Of a DNA stretch of 64,000 nucleotides, positions 1 through 9,405 are shown piece after piece. Each line of letters opens with the position of its first letter. Position 1 is the first letter of the stretch. The position numbers and the translations under genes were made by a program. The notes beneath the pieces are model-generated. The model was not told the DNA's origin, ran no database searches, and worked only from the letters and a program-made list of their open reading frames with translations. The DNA is from an uncultured Lachnospiraceae bacterium (GTDB taxonomy: Bacteria; Bacillota; Clostridia; Lachnospirales; Lachnospiraceae), in NCBI GenBank assembly GCA_902781505.1, contig CACZJL010000007.1:5869-69868 (forward strand), in the 5' to 3' direction.

Positions 1-132
1 TGATCTGTTTACATAATTATATGCATATCCATCATCAAAACTGTGATAACCTGCGATTACCGGTACTGTGCCAATTAATCCTACAGTCAGTGCTGTGATT
101 GCAAAGCGTCCCATAAGTTTTCTAATACTCAT
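1..132 (-). CDS. N-terminal fragment of a secreted or membrane-anchored protein (gene runs off the window start)
   Basis: The ATG at 130-132 (minus) lies 7 nt after AAGGAGG. The translation MSIRKLMGRFAITALTVGLIGTVPVIAGYHSFDDGYAYNYVNRS has a signal-peptide-like hydrophobic core. It is absent from the ORF track because it is truncated. Confidence 0.5.
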   Translation of the reverse strand, partial: MSIRKLMGRFAITALTVGLIGTVPVIAGYHSFDDGYAYNYVNRS

Positions 133-166
133 AAATCTACCTCCTTTAAGATTTGAACCGATAATA

Positions 167-184
167 AATGATATATATATCATT
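167..184. promoter_or_regulatory. Perfect 18-bp palindrome AATGATATATATATCATT in the leader of the partial gene
   Basis: The sequence is self-complementary when read directly. It lies between a TTGACA-type -35 element (minus strand, about 226-231) and the RBS of the 1..132 gene. Confidence 0.3.
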
Positions 185-304
185 CATTCATTTATGTTAT
201 CTTAAAATTAGCACAATACATATTTTTTGTCAAGTTGACATGTTATTTCAATCATTTCTCTTATGTTGTATGGATATTGCACATATTTAAAACAGAATAC
301 ACAA

Positions 305-349
305 ACAAAAAGAGCATAAAATCTGAAGAACGTGTCAGATTTTATGCTC
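305..349 (-). terminator. Rho-independent terminator after the 371..1390 gene
   Basis: A 15-bp stem pairs GAGCATAAAATCTGA (312-326) with TCAGATTTTATGCTC (335-349). On the minus strand it is followed by a T-run (plus-strand A-run 305-311). Confidence 0.8.
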
Positions 350-370
350 AATAGAATTGGATTTATAAAC

Positions 371-1390
371 TTACTGCAGTCTGGACTCAAACTTTTTGAA
401 TCTGGTTTTTCTGCAATGGTCTACCAGAATCACAGCGTAATCTCTTGAATCGGCATCTTCCTTATTATCCAGAATAATACTGAAGTACGGTGTTCCAACA
501 ACTGAAACCTTGTTTTCAGCAAAAGGAACATATCGATCATAATCGATTTTACTCTGTTTCTTTAATACAAGTGGTTCATCTTTAACCGGAATATAGTAAT
601 CAACAAGTTGGTATTCCTTATCTGAAATCACTGTGAACTCCGTCACTTCTCTTAGTGAGATTTCTCTGTAAAATCTAGTATTAGTAATCTGAGGTCCCTT
701 TACCTCATCAAATTTTTCAAGGCAATGGTACTCATATTTTTTTCCCTCTTTAATAAAGTAAGAGAAGTTTTCTGTAGCATATATATCAGATATTCTTCTG
801 ATTCCTAAGTACATGCCAATAAGTTCAATTGAATCTCCTTCTTTAAATACCGACTCAAAGAGTTCATGATTTCTTTTCTCATAAAAGTTGATATTAAAAA
901 GTCTCAGAAAATCCGGGCGATGTACTACAGACAGCTGAGCGGTTGACAGTAATACCATGTAATCATTGTCCGATTCTTCACGAAGAAAAGCAAAGTATTC
1001 GTTACCAAGAATTTTAGCATTTTCTCCTGTATGGAAATCATTTCCATACCAGTTTCTGATTTCGGATGCAGAGAGCTCTCTTGCTGTCACTGCTCTGTGT
1101 GAAGATGGCTTGTAATATACAATCTGGTTTTCTCTTGTCTCTTCCGGAAAATCAAACTCTTCCGTCTCTTCGATCACAATTTTCTTTTTCAAGGAAATAT
1201 TCTTTTTGATATTGCAGTGATTCTTTGTGATGAACTGATGCTTCTTTCCTTCCTGTTCAAAATACAGATAGGTATCTACCTGCAGTTCATCTTCATTTTG
1301 TCTGTATCTCCGAAGCGCCAAAGCGGCTCCCACTAAGTAAAAATGGGAGCCGCCTGTAAGAATGTCGGAGCGTACCTGTAATTCAAGCAT
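371..1390 (-). CDS. Hypothetical protein, 339 aa, no recognisable motif
   Basis: This is a long ORF starting 22 nt downstream of the carB stop with no intervening terminator, and it has its own terminator at 305-349. It shows no TM segment or signal peptide, is rich in K/E/F/Y, and its DNA is visibly AT-richer than carB. Confidence 0.6.
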   Translation of the reverse strand: MLELQVRSDILTGGSHFYLVGAALALRRYRQNEDELQVDTYLYFEQEGKKHQFITKNHCNIKKNISLKKKIVIEETEEFDFPEETRENQIVYYKPSSHRAVTARELSASEIRNWYGNDFHTGENAKILGNEYFAFLREESDNDYMVLLSTAQLSVVHRPDFLRLFNINFYEKRNHELFESVFKEGDSIELIGMYLGIRRISDIYATENFSYFIKEGKKYEYHCLEKFDEVKGPQITNTRFYREISLREVTEFTVISDKEYQLVDYYIPVKDEPLVLKKQSKIDYDRYVPFAENKVSVVGTPYFSIILDNKEDADSRDYAVILVDHCRKTRFKKFESRLQ

Positions 1391-1412
1391 ACTCTTGTTC
1401 TCTTTTCTTTAA

Positions 1413-4400
1413 TTATTTATGCTGCTCTGCTCTTCTGTCTATTTTCGCAATATCAACAATGCTCAGTTCCTGATTGTTGAATGCATGCTCTAAGGAAGAA
1501 ATTAAAGCATGAGCTGTATCAAGAGATGTAAGGCAATGTACACCTGTCTCGATTGCGTTACGACGGATGATAAATCCATCTCTCTGATGCTCGATACCAG
1601 ATTCTGGTGTATCAATAACCAGATCAATCTGATGTGTAAGAATCAGATCTAAGAGTGTAGGTGCTTCCTGACCAATCTTATTGACACGTACTGCATTTAC
1701 GCCATGCTCCTGAAGAACTTTCGCAGTTCCACGGGAAGCAAAAATCTTGTAGCCAAGCTTTTCAAAACGCTGAGCAATATCAACGGACTCTTCCTTATCC
1801 TTATCAGCAATCGTCATAATAATTTGCTTATATTTAGGAAGACGGATACCAGCACCTTCGAATGCCTTATAAAGAGCCTCATCGAAGTTCTCAGAAATAC
1901 CAAGACACTCACCTGTAGACTTCATTTCAGGGCCAAGGGTTGTATCAGCGCCACGAATCTTCTCGAAGGAGAATACAGGCATCTTAATTGCAAAGTAATG
2001 AGCCTTCTTTTGAAGACCTGGTGTATAGCCAAGTTCCTTAATTTTCTTACCAAGGATTACCTGTGTAGCTAAAGGCACGATTGGAATTCCTGTCACCTTA
2101 CTGATATATGGTACAGTTCTGGAAGATCTTGGGTTAACTTCGATTACATAGACCTGATCTTCATATACGATGAACTGGATATTGATCATACCCTTTACGT
2201 GAAGGGAATGAGCCAGCTTCGTTGTATAGTCAACAATCATGTCTTCAATTCTCTGAGTAAGATCCTGCGCAGGATATACGGAGATAGAGTCACCGGAGTG
2301 GATACCAGCTCTCTCGATATGTTCCATGATACCCGGAATCAGGATATCCTCGCCGTCACAAACAGCATCGACTTCGATTTCCTTACCCATTAAGTACTTA
2401 TCTACAAGGATTGGATGATCCTGCTTGTAACGGTTGATGATTCCCATGTATTCAACGATATCTTCGTCAGATACGGCAATCTGCATGCCCTGTCCGCCAA
2501 GTACGTAAGAAGGTCTTACAAGAACCGGATAACCGAGCTTGTTAGCGATTTCAAGAGCTTCTTCTGTTGTAAATACAGTGCCACCGGCTGCTCTTGGGAT
2601 ATGATGCTCTTCAAGGATTGCATCAAAGAGTTCTCTGTCTTCGGCTGCATCTACGTCCTTAGCAGATGTACCAAGGATTGGAACGCCCATCTTCATCAGC
2701 GATTCTGTTAACTTGATTGCTGTCTGACCACCGAACTGAACAACGGCGCCATCCGGCTTCTCATATCTTACAACTGCTTCTACATCTTCCGGTGTCAGAG
2801 GCTCGAAGTAAAGCTTATCAGCAATATCAAAGTCAGTAGATACTGTCTCAGGGTTATTGTTGATAATGATTGTTTCGTAGCCTTCCTTCTTAAATGCCCA
2901 TGTACAATGAACGGAACAGAAGTCGAACTCAATACCCTGACCGATACGGATTGGACCGGAACCGAGCACGAGAACCTTCTTCTTTTCATTCTGGCTTTCA
3001 ACTTCATTTTCCGAGCCAAATACAGAATAATAGTAAGGCGTCTCTGCTGCGAACTCAGCCGCACAGGTATCTACAATCTTAAACACTGCATGGATATCCC
3101 ACTGATTTCTGAGGTCGAAGATTTCTTCCTCTGTCTTTCCTGTAAGATCCGCAATGACATTATCAGGGAACTCAATTCTCTTAGCTTCCTTTAAGAGTTC
3201 CTCTGTTAATGGCTCGTTCTTTAAACGATTCTCCATATCAACGATGATCTGAAGCTTATCGATGAACCAGCGATCAATCAGAGTGATTTCATGCATCTTT
3301 TCAGCGGAAATCTTTCTTCTTAAACCTTCTGCAATCTTCCAGATTCTTCTGTCATCAACAACCTTTAAGTCCTCTAAGAGTTCTTCATCTGAAAGAGATG
3401 TGAAATCATAGGAAAGAAGGCTGTCTACGTGTTGCTCCAAGGAGCGGATTGCCTTCATAAGAGCTGCTTCAAAATTGTTGGCAATGGACATAACCTCACC
3501 GGTAGCCTTCATCTGAGTTGTCAGTGTTCTCTTCGCAGAGATGAACTTGTCAAATGGAAGTCTTGGAATCTTAACTACGCAGTAATCAAGTGCAGGCTCG
3601 AAGGATGCATAGGTCTTCTTTGTGATGGCATTCTTAATTTCATCAAGAGTGTAGCCTAACGCAATCTTAGCTGCTACCTTGGCGATTGGATAACCAGTTG
3701 CCTTGGAAGCAAGTGCAGATGAACGGCTTACACGAGGGTTTACTTCGATTACACAGTACTCAAAGCTGTCAGGATTTAACGCATACTGAACGTTACATCC
3801 ACCAGTGATGCCGAGTTCATCAATAATATTTAAAGCAGAAGTACGGAGCATCTGGTATTCCTTATCAGACAGAGTCTGAGATGGAGCTACTACAATGGAG
3901 TCACCAGTATGTACACCAACCGGATCGATATTCTCCATGTTACATACTGTGATGCAGTTACCTGCGCTATCACGCATTACTTCGTACTCGATTTCCTTCC
4001 ATCCTGCAATACAACGCTCTACAAGAACTTCATGTACGCGGGAGAGACGGAGACCGTTCTCTAAGATTTCTTCTAATTCAACCGGATTGTGAGCGATACC
4101 ACCGCCGGAACCACCTAAGGTATAGGCAGGTCTTAAAACAACAGGGTAACCAATCTTGTCAGCGAATTCACGACCTGTCTTAACATCATTAACAACTAAG
4201 GATGCTGCAACCGGCTCGCCAATCTTCTCCATGGTTTCCTTGAACATCAGACGGTCTTCAGCCTTCTTGATGGTCAGGGATGTTGTACCAATGAGCTTTA
4301 CACCATGCTTTTCAAGGAAGTCTGTTTCAGCGATTTCCATGGCAAGGTTTAAGCCTGCCTGGCCACCAAGTGTCGGAAGTAAGCTGTCTGGCTTCTCCTT

Positions 4401-4637
4401 CTCAATGATTTGCTCAACTGCTTCTACTGTAAGAGGCTCGATGTATACTTCATCCGCGATGTCCTTATCCGTCATGATTGTAGCCGGATTGGAGTTTAAA
4501 AGAACAACTTCGATGCCCTCTTCCTTCAGGGATCTGCAGGCCTGTGTACCTGCGTAGTCAAATTCTGCTGCCTGGCCGATAACGATTGGGCCGGAGCCGA
4601 TGACCATAACCTTTTTAATGTCCTGATTTCTTGGCAT
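1413..4637 (-). CDS. carB: Carbamoyl-phosphate synthase large subunit
   Basis: The 1074-aa product has duplicated ATP-grasp halves (VIGSGPIVIGQAAEFDYAGTQA and VLGSGPIRIGQGIEFDFC) and a C-terminal MGS-like domain. It sits directly after carA. Confidence 0.97.
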   Translation of the reverse strand: MPRNQDIKKVMVIGSGPIVIGQAAEFDYAGTQACRSLKEEGIEVVLLNSNPATIMTDKDIADEVYIEPLTVEAVEQIIEKEKPDSLLPTLGGQAGLNLAMEIAETDFLEKHGVKLIGTTSLTIKKAEDRLMFKETMEKIGEPVAASLVVNDVKTGREFADKIGYPVVLRPAYTLGGSGGGIAHNPVELEEILENGLRLSRVHEVLVERCIAGWKEIEYEVMRDSAGNCITVCNMENIDPVGVHTGDSIVVAPSQTLSDKEYQMLRTSALNIIDELGITGGCNVQYALNPDSFEYCVIEVNPRVSRSSALASKATGYPIAKVAAKIALGYTLDEIKNAITKKTYASFEPALDYCVVKIPRLPFDKFISAKRTLTTQMKATGEVMSIANNFEAALMKAIRSLEQHVDSLLSYDFTSLSDEELLEDLKVVDDRRIWKIAEGLRRKISAEKMHEITLIDRWFIDKLQIIVDMENRLKNEPLTEELLKEAKRIEFPDNVIADLTGKTEEEIFDLRNQWDIHAVFKIVDTCAAEFAAETPYYYSVFGSENEVESQNEKKKVLVLGSGPIRIGQGIEFDFCSVHCTWAFKKEGYETIIINNNPETVSTDFDIADKLYFEPLTPEDVEAVVRYEKPDGAVVQFGGQTAIKLTESLMKMGVPILGTSAKDVDAAEDRELFDAILEEHHIPRAAGGTVFTTEEALEIANKLGYPVLVRPSYVLGGQGMQIAVSDEDIVEYMGIINRYKQDHPILVDKYLMGKEIEVDAVCDGEDILIPGIMEHIERAGIHSGDSISVYPAQDLTQRIEDMIVDYTTKLAHSLHVKGMINIQFIVYEDQVYVIEVNPRSSRTVPYISKVTGIPIVPLATQVILGKKIKELGYTPGLQKKAHYFAIKMPVFSFEKIRGADTTLGPEMKSTGECLGISENFDEALYKAFEGAGIRLPKYKQIIMTIADKDKEESVDIAQRFEKLGYKIFASRGTAKVLQEHGVNAVRVNKIGQEAPTLLDLILTHQIDLVIDTPESGIEHQRDGFIIRRNAIETGVHCLTSLDTAHALISSLEHAFNNQELSIVDIAKIDRRAEQHK

Positions 4638-4638
4638 C

Positions 4639-5715
4639 TTACTTGTCCTCCTTCTTCATCATATCAATAAACTTATCAAAAAGGTATGCCGTATCCTGTG
4701 GACCTGCGCATGCTTCCGGATGGAACTGTACTGTGTAGATGTTCTTTCCTACATAGGACAGACCTTCATTTGTTCCGTCGTTTACATTTGAGAATGCAGG
4801 AACAGCGACCTCTGGATTTAAAGAGGATTCGTCAACTGCATATCCATGGTTCTGAGAGGAAATATAAACCTTTCCGGTCTCAAGATCCTTAACAGGGTGG
4901 TTTGCACCTCTGTGTCCATACTTTAACTTGTATGTCTTAGCACCGGTTGCGAGAGCCATGAGCTGATGGCCAAGGCAGATAGCAAAGATTGGCACGTTAG
5001 AATCGTACATCTTCTTAATTTCTGCAATCTTCTCAACATTTTCCTCTGGATCACCTGGGCCGTTTGAGAGCATGATTCCATCAGGGTTAGAAGCAAGTAC
5101 TTCTTCTGCTGTTGTGGAGGCAGGGTAGATTGTAACTTCGCAGCCTCTCTTTTCAAGGGATCTTGCGATGTTTCTCTTAGCGCCGTAATCCATTAAGGCA
5201 ACCCTGAACTTTTCACCAGGTAAAACTTCCTTTTCGGAGCATGTTACCTTATCTACTACGCCTGTTACCTTGTATGCCTTGAGCTTTGGAATAATCTCAT
5301 CGAGGTTATAGTTCTCATTTGTTGTGATCATTCCGTTCATTGTACCCTCTTCACGAAGAATCTTTGTTAACGCACGGGTGTCAATTCCTGCGATTCCAGG
5401 AATATCATATTTAGCGAGGAAATTCTGGATAGAATCTACGCTTCTGAAATTGCTGGGCATTCTGGATAACTCACGAACGATAAAGCCATCTGGCCATGCC
5501 TTCTTTGATTCCATATCCTCATAGCAAATACCATAGTTACCAATCATTGGGTATGTCATCGTTACTGCCTGTCCTGCATAGGAAGGATCAGTAAGAATTT
5601 CGAGATAACCAGTCATAGACGTATTAAATACGATTTCACTGATGCAGTCTCTGGTAGAGCCAATGCTTGTACCGGTAAATACTGTACCATCTTCCAGTAT
5701 CAAAAATGCTTTCAT
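4639..5715 (-). CDS. carA: Carbamoyl-phosphate synthase small (glutaminase) subunit
   Basis: The product carries a class I glutamine amidotransferase motif (PIFAICLGHQL, then HGYAV). The ORF track begins at a TTG at 5727, but the ATG at 5715 lies 5 nt after GGAGG and gives MKAFLILEDG. Confidence 0.95.
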   Translation of the reverse strand: MKAFLILEDGTVFTGTSIGSTRDCISEIVFNTSMTGYLEILTDPSYAGQAVTMTYPMIGNYGICYEDMESKKAWPDGFIVRELSRMPSNFRSVDSIQNFLAKYDIPGIAGIDTRALTKILREEGTMNGMITTNENYNLDEIIPKLKAYKVTGVVDKVTCSEKEVLPGEKFRVALMDYGAKRNIARSLEKRGCEVTIYPASTTAEEVLASNPDGIMLSNGPGDPEENVEKIAEIKKMYDSNVPIFAICLGHQLMALATGAKTYKLKYGHRGANHPVKDLETGKVYISSQNHGYAVDESSLNPEVAVPAFSNVNDGTNEGLSYVGKNIYTVQFHPEACAGPQDTAYLFDKFIDMMKKEDK

Positions 5716-5790
5716 GAATGCCTCCAAATATTCGTTTATAGTTGTTTTATCCTGTAGGCTTTAACACTTTACCCTCAAGACGTTCGCAAT

Positions 5791-5819
5791 ATTTTAACAT
5801 ATGCAACCAAGGATTTCAA
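5791..5819 (-). promoter_or_regulatory. Candidate sigma-A promoter of carAB
   Basis: On the minus strand I read TTGAAA (5814-5819), a 17-nt spacer, and TAAAAT (5791-5796). Confidence 0.45.
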
Positions 5820-5823
5820 GGCG

Positions 5824-5841
5824 ATTGCATATTTATTCAGA
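5824..5841 (-). promoter_or_regulatory. Candidate ARG box (ArgR/AhrC operator)
   Basis: The minus strand reads TCTGAATAAATATGCAAT. By eye this matches 15 of 18 positions of the Bacillus AhrC consensus CATGAATAAAAATKCAAK as I recall it. It lies just upstream of the -35 element. A weaker TTGCATATGTTAAAATATTGCGAA overlaps the spacer and -10. Confidence 0.4.
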
Positions 5842-5870
5842 TACTTCTTTTGTACTTTTTTTCGTGTATC

Positions 5871-7196
5871 TTAACCCTTGTTTAATTCAACCTGTCCAAT
5901 ATAGTTCCAGGTCTCACCTTCATCCTTAGACTGATACTTCGCAACCGTCTTTCCGCCGTTCACCGTACCGTTCTCACCCTGCGTAAGATAAACCGTCAGA
6001 GTGCCTGATGTATCAAAGGAAGGAACCATCGCCACCTTAAATACATCCGAAAACTCCTTGCTTCCTGCGGAAGAATCAAGTTCTCCGACCGGCAAGGTCA
6101 CAACCTCCCAGGTTCTGCCGCCGTCCTTCGTCCGGAACAGATTCCCTGTATCTGCCGTTCCACGATTGTACGCAAGCCATCCTATCTCATTGGAGATAAA
6201 GTTTGCACCACTTAATACTTCATTAAGAGGGCCTCTTCCTACGCTGTTTGAAGAACCGTCTCTGAACTGATAGATTCTCTGATTTTCACTGTTTCCGTTC
6301 TTGTTGTAGCCAATCACCAGGACTCCTTCTTCTGCAGAATCAAAGTGAAGATAGTATTCTGATACATCATTCATATTCTCCACTTCCATTGTTGTCCAGG
6401 TCGCTCCCCTGTCATTTGAAAAGAGCAATGTCAGCGGAAGCTTTGAGGAATCCCCTGAAGCACCACCATAGAGGAACGCAGTCATAGCCGGCTGCAGCTG
6501 ATAACTACCTGCCTTCAGAGTTGTATTCGAACCCTCCTGAAAGATCAGCTTGCTCACATCTACCGGTACATTGGCAAATGTATTATTGTTGTCGTAAGAA
6601 ATGCGAAGCACTCCGTCCCTGATTTCGTAAGACCCAAGTTCCTTCTGTTTTGAAGTTGTGTTCGCACTTTCCTGTGCCGCACCGGTCTTAGATGTTGTTT
6701 CCGTCTCAATTCCATACTCTTCCGGCGTTTTGACAGAAATCACATAGACATTTGTTTTGTTGTCCAGTTCCTTATCAATACCAAATTCCACCACCCACGA
6801 ACAATAAATACGTCCGTTTGAGGTCACGGAATTCCAGGAAGAAAAGAATTCTGATGAAGAATCCTTTAAAACTGCCGAAAACTGAATCAGAACTGTTTTT
6901 CTGCTCTCGGAAAGAATTTCAATATCCTGTTTTTCTACTTTTGTCAGCGCCATGCTTGAAGGCAGGAACATCTGTGTATATTGTGAAAGAAATCCATCCT
7001 CCCAGTATTCTGCTGCCGTTTTCAGATTTAAAGTTTCTTCTTTATAAATACTGCGAACATACGTGTATCTGGATTTCAACTGAATCTGAGAGCGCCTGTC
7101 TCTCGCAATCAGAACATAGCCCACCAAAATTCCAAAAACGAGAAGCATCAACGCTAATACTATACGTATTAACAGAGTCGTTCTGTTTCGTGCCAT
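5871..7196 (-). CDS. Membrane-anchored BNR/Asp-box repeat protein (beta-propeller-like)
   Basis: The N-terminus has a TM segment (LLIRIVLALMLLVFGILVGYVLIA). Three Asp-box motifs of the form S/T-x-D-x-G-x-T-W are present: SNDRGATWTT, TKDGGRTWEV and SKDEGETWNY. Confidence 0.7.
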   Translation of the reverse strand: MARNRTTLLIRIVLALMLLVFGILVGYVLIARDRRSQIQLKSRYTYVRSIYKEETLNLKTAAEYWEDGFLSQYTQMFLPSSMALTKVEKQDIEILSESRKTVLIQFSAVLKDSSSEFFSSWNSVTSNGRIYCSWVVEFGIDKELDNKTNVYVISVKTPEEYGIETETTSKTGAAQESANTTSKQKELGSYEIRDGVLRISYDNNNTFANVPVDVSKLIFQEGSNTTLKAGSYQLQPAMTAFLYGGASGDSSKLPLTLLFSNDRGATWTTMEVENMNDVSEYYLHFDSAEEGVLVIGYNKNGNSENQRIYQFRDGSSNSVGRGPLNEVLSGANFISNEIGWLAYNRGTADTGNLFRTKDGGRTWEVVTLPVGELDSSAGSKEFSDVFKVAMVPSFDTSGTLTVYLTQGENGTVNGGKTVAKYQSKDEGETWNYIGQVELNKG

Positions 7197-7239
7197 ACTC
7201 CTATCCTTTAACCATTTAATTATTATACTACAAAAGAAA

Positions 7240-8607
7240 TTACTGTCTTGACAGCTTCGCGTTTATTTCTTCGAGCTTCTCATCTGTTAAGATGTATTTT
7301 CTTTTGAAGACAAGAAGTGCAAGGAACAAACCGACAATCGGAATGATTGTCATGGTAAGTCTCAGACCAACCACAGAGGACGAGGCAGCTTTTGCTGTTT
7401 CTACAACTTCTGTTGAACTCGAAAGCTTATTGATTGCAAGACAAACGGAAGCTGCCATAGCAGCCACACCGCTTGCAAGCTTTACGACAAAGGTCTGCAT
7501 GGAGAAAATGACAGACTCATCTCTGCGTCCATTCTTTAATTCTCCATAATCTACCGTATCCGCAAGGAATACAGTTGTCAATACTGTAAGCATTCCAAAC
7601 GCAGTAAAGATAAAGAACGCCGGAATAAACAATACAAATACACTTGTAATATCCATGGACATCAAAACTAAAAGGCATCCATAGCCACTGATTGCCATAA
7701 TCAGGCTCACATAAAAAATTCGAATAGACTTCATGAACTTTCTGAACAGTGGATACATAATCATCATAGACAGAATCTGAACCGCACCACCAAAGGTGTT
7801 AAACAGTGTATACGCATCGTACCACTTGTCCCCGCCCATATCATATTTAAAGAAATAAATGAGCAGATTGCTTGTCACATAAAGAGAACAATTCACCAGA
7901 ACAATAGCGATAACTACTGCAACTGCCTGATCATTCCTAAACAGCCCCTTAAACATCTCTCCGATTCCAGGTGTGTCCATGTCTACTGTCGACTTCTCCT
8001 TAATTGTAAAGCAGGCTAATAAAGTAGACAGTACAAAAATCACCGCAATAATCAGTGCAAATAATCTGAAACCGGTTCTTTCATCACCGGAACCAAGTGT
8101 CATAACCATCTTCATGGTAATAATAGTAATTAAGGCATCGCCGACACCTGCACAGCTTCTTGCAAGAGTTGTCAGTCCTTCTCTTTCTTTTCCGCCTTCG
8201 GTAAATGCAGGAATCATAGACCAGAATGGGATATCCATCATGGTATAGGTCACGCCCCACAGGATATAAAAGATTGCTGCATATGCTACCAGTCCATTTC
8301 CATCAAGGGATGGAGGACAGGCATACATAAAATACAGAATGATGGCATTCAGCACTGTACCAATCAGCAGCCATGGACGAAATCTACCATATTTCGATTT
8401 AGTTTTGGCTACGATAACCCCCATAATTGGGTCGTTTAACGCATCGAAAATTCTTGCACCGAGTAGGACTGCGCCCATTGCAATTGCATTGACGCCTAAA
8501 ATATCCTGATAGTAATACAGGATATAGCTCGCAGACAACATATAAACAAGGTCTTTTCCTGTAGCCGCAAAACCATAGGAAGCCTTCTCTCTCCAGCTTA
8601 ACTTCAT
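7240..8607 (-). CDS. GPH-family (MelB/YicJ-like) glycoside-pentoside-hexuronide:cation symporter
   Basis: The product is a 12-TM-type protein with the GPH-like N-terminus MKLSWREKASYGFAATGKDLVY. I preferred the ATG at 8607 (7 nt after GGAGAG) over the ORF-track ATG at 8622. Confidence 0.8.
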   Translation of the reverse strand: MKLSWREKASYGFAATGKDLVYMLSASYILYYYQDILGVNAIAMGAVLLGARIFDALNDPIMGVIVAKTKSKYGRFRPWLLIGTVLNAIILYFMYACPPSLDGNGLVAYAAIFYILWGVTYTMMDIPFWSMIPAFTEGGKEREGLTTLARSCAGVGDALITIITMKMVMTLGSGDERTGFRLFALIIAVIFVLSTLLACFTIKEKSTVDMDTPGIGEMFKGLFRNDQAVAVVIAIVLVNCSLYVTSNLLIYFFKYDMGGDKWYDAYTLFNTFGGAVQILSMMIMYPLFRKFMKSIRIFYVSLIMAISGYGCLLVLMSMDITSVFVLFIPAFFIFTAFGMLTVLTTVFLADTVDYGELKNGRRDESVIFSMQTFVVKLASGVAAMAASVCLAINKLSSSTEVVETAKAASSSVVGLRLTMTIIPIVGLFLALLVFKRKYILTDEKLEEINAKLSRQ

Positions 8608-8625
8608 ACTTGCACTCTCCATTCT

Positions 8626-9219
8626 TTAGTTTTTACGAATACCGCCCATGATGATGCCGACAACTTCATTGATTGCATCGACATATCCAATTCTGTTCCT
8701 CACAAGAATATCTCTCTGGAAGAACTGCTCTAATGATGCTTCAAACATCATCTTTACAATCGGAATATCTACCTGTCTGATACAGCCCTCTTTCATTCCC
8801 TTTTCAAGCAGATCAATCGTTGTCTCCCAGCCGGTTTCAAGACGCTCCTCAACCTTTGAATAGACTTCCGGATACTTCTCTCTTAATCCATTCAACTTGG
8901 AGAAATCAATCTTCGAATAACTGTCAGGTAAGACTCCTAAAATCTTTGAAATTTTTTCATAAGTAGAAAGGCTTTCATCCCTCACAATTGCCTCTTCACT
9001 GTCCTTGATTTCATCAAACATCATGTCTACCATTGCAAGAAACAGTTCATCCTTCGTGTCAAACAGCTTATAGATTGTCTTCTTGCTCATCTTCAGTTCT
9101 TTGGCAACATCGTCCATTGTGAACTTCAACCCCTTCTGGTTATACACCTCAACAACGCCGAACATGATGTACTTTTTTAACTCCGCTGCACTCTTTGGTG
9201 TACCCTTAGTTCTGGTCAT
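8626..9219 (-). CDS. TetR/AcrR family transcriptional regulator
   Basis: The 197-aa product has an N-terminal HTH (FTMDDVAKELKMSKKTIYKLFDTKDELF). It lies immediately upstream of the symporter gene. Confidence 0.85.
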   Translation of the reverse strand: MTRTKGTPKSAAELKKYIMFGVVEVYNQKGLKFTMDDVAKELKMSKKTIYKLFDTKDELFLAMVDMMFDEIKDSEEAIVRDESLSTYEKISKILGVLPDSYSKIDFSKLNGLREKYPEVYSKVEERLETGWETTIDLLEKGMKEGCIRQVDIPIVKMMFEASLEQFFQRDILVRNRIGYVDAINEVVGIIMGGIRKN

Positions 9220-9243
9220 TTTACATTTACCTCCACGTAATAC

Positions 9244-9269
9244 GAAACTTTCTCACTAAAGAAAGTTTC
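9244..9269. promoter_or_regulatory. Candidate TetR operator (10-bp inverted repeat)
   Basis: GAAACTTTCT (9244-9253) and AGAAAGTTTC (9260-9269) are perfect reverse complements separated by 6 nt. The repeat lies 25 nt upstream of the TetR start codon. Confidence 0.5.
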
Positions 9270-9405
9270 CTGATATGGACATAATATCACTACACAACAT
9301 TGTGCACAAGGAATACTAACATAAAAAAAGAGCCCTAATTTTTGTGCATATTGTCAGTTCTGAAATATGGTATGATAGGACAACCAAATATAACGAGGGA
9401 AAAAA

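Noticed and set aside
208-390. A 60-aa minus-strand ORF downstream of the orphan gene
   Set aside because: It spans the rho-independent terminator hairpin at 305-349 and the intergenic promoter region. It has no RBS and is most likely spurious.
1704-4557. Multiple 60-130-aa plus-strand ORFs inside carB (for example 1704-2072 and 4156-4557)
   Set aside because: They lie antisense to a strongly conserved, full-length carB frame. They have no RBS and their composition is low-complexity. They look like typical shadow ORFs.
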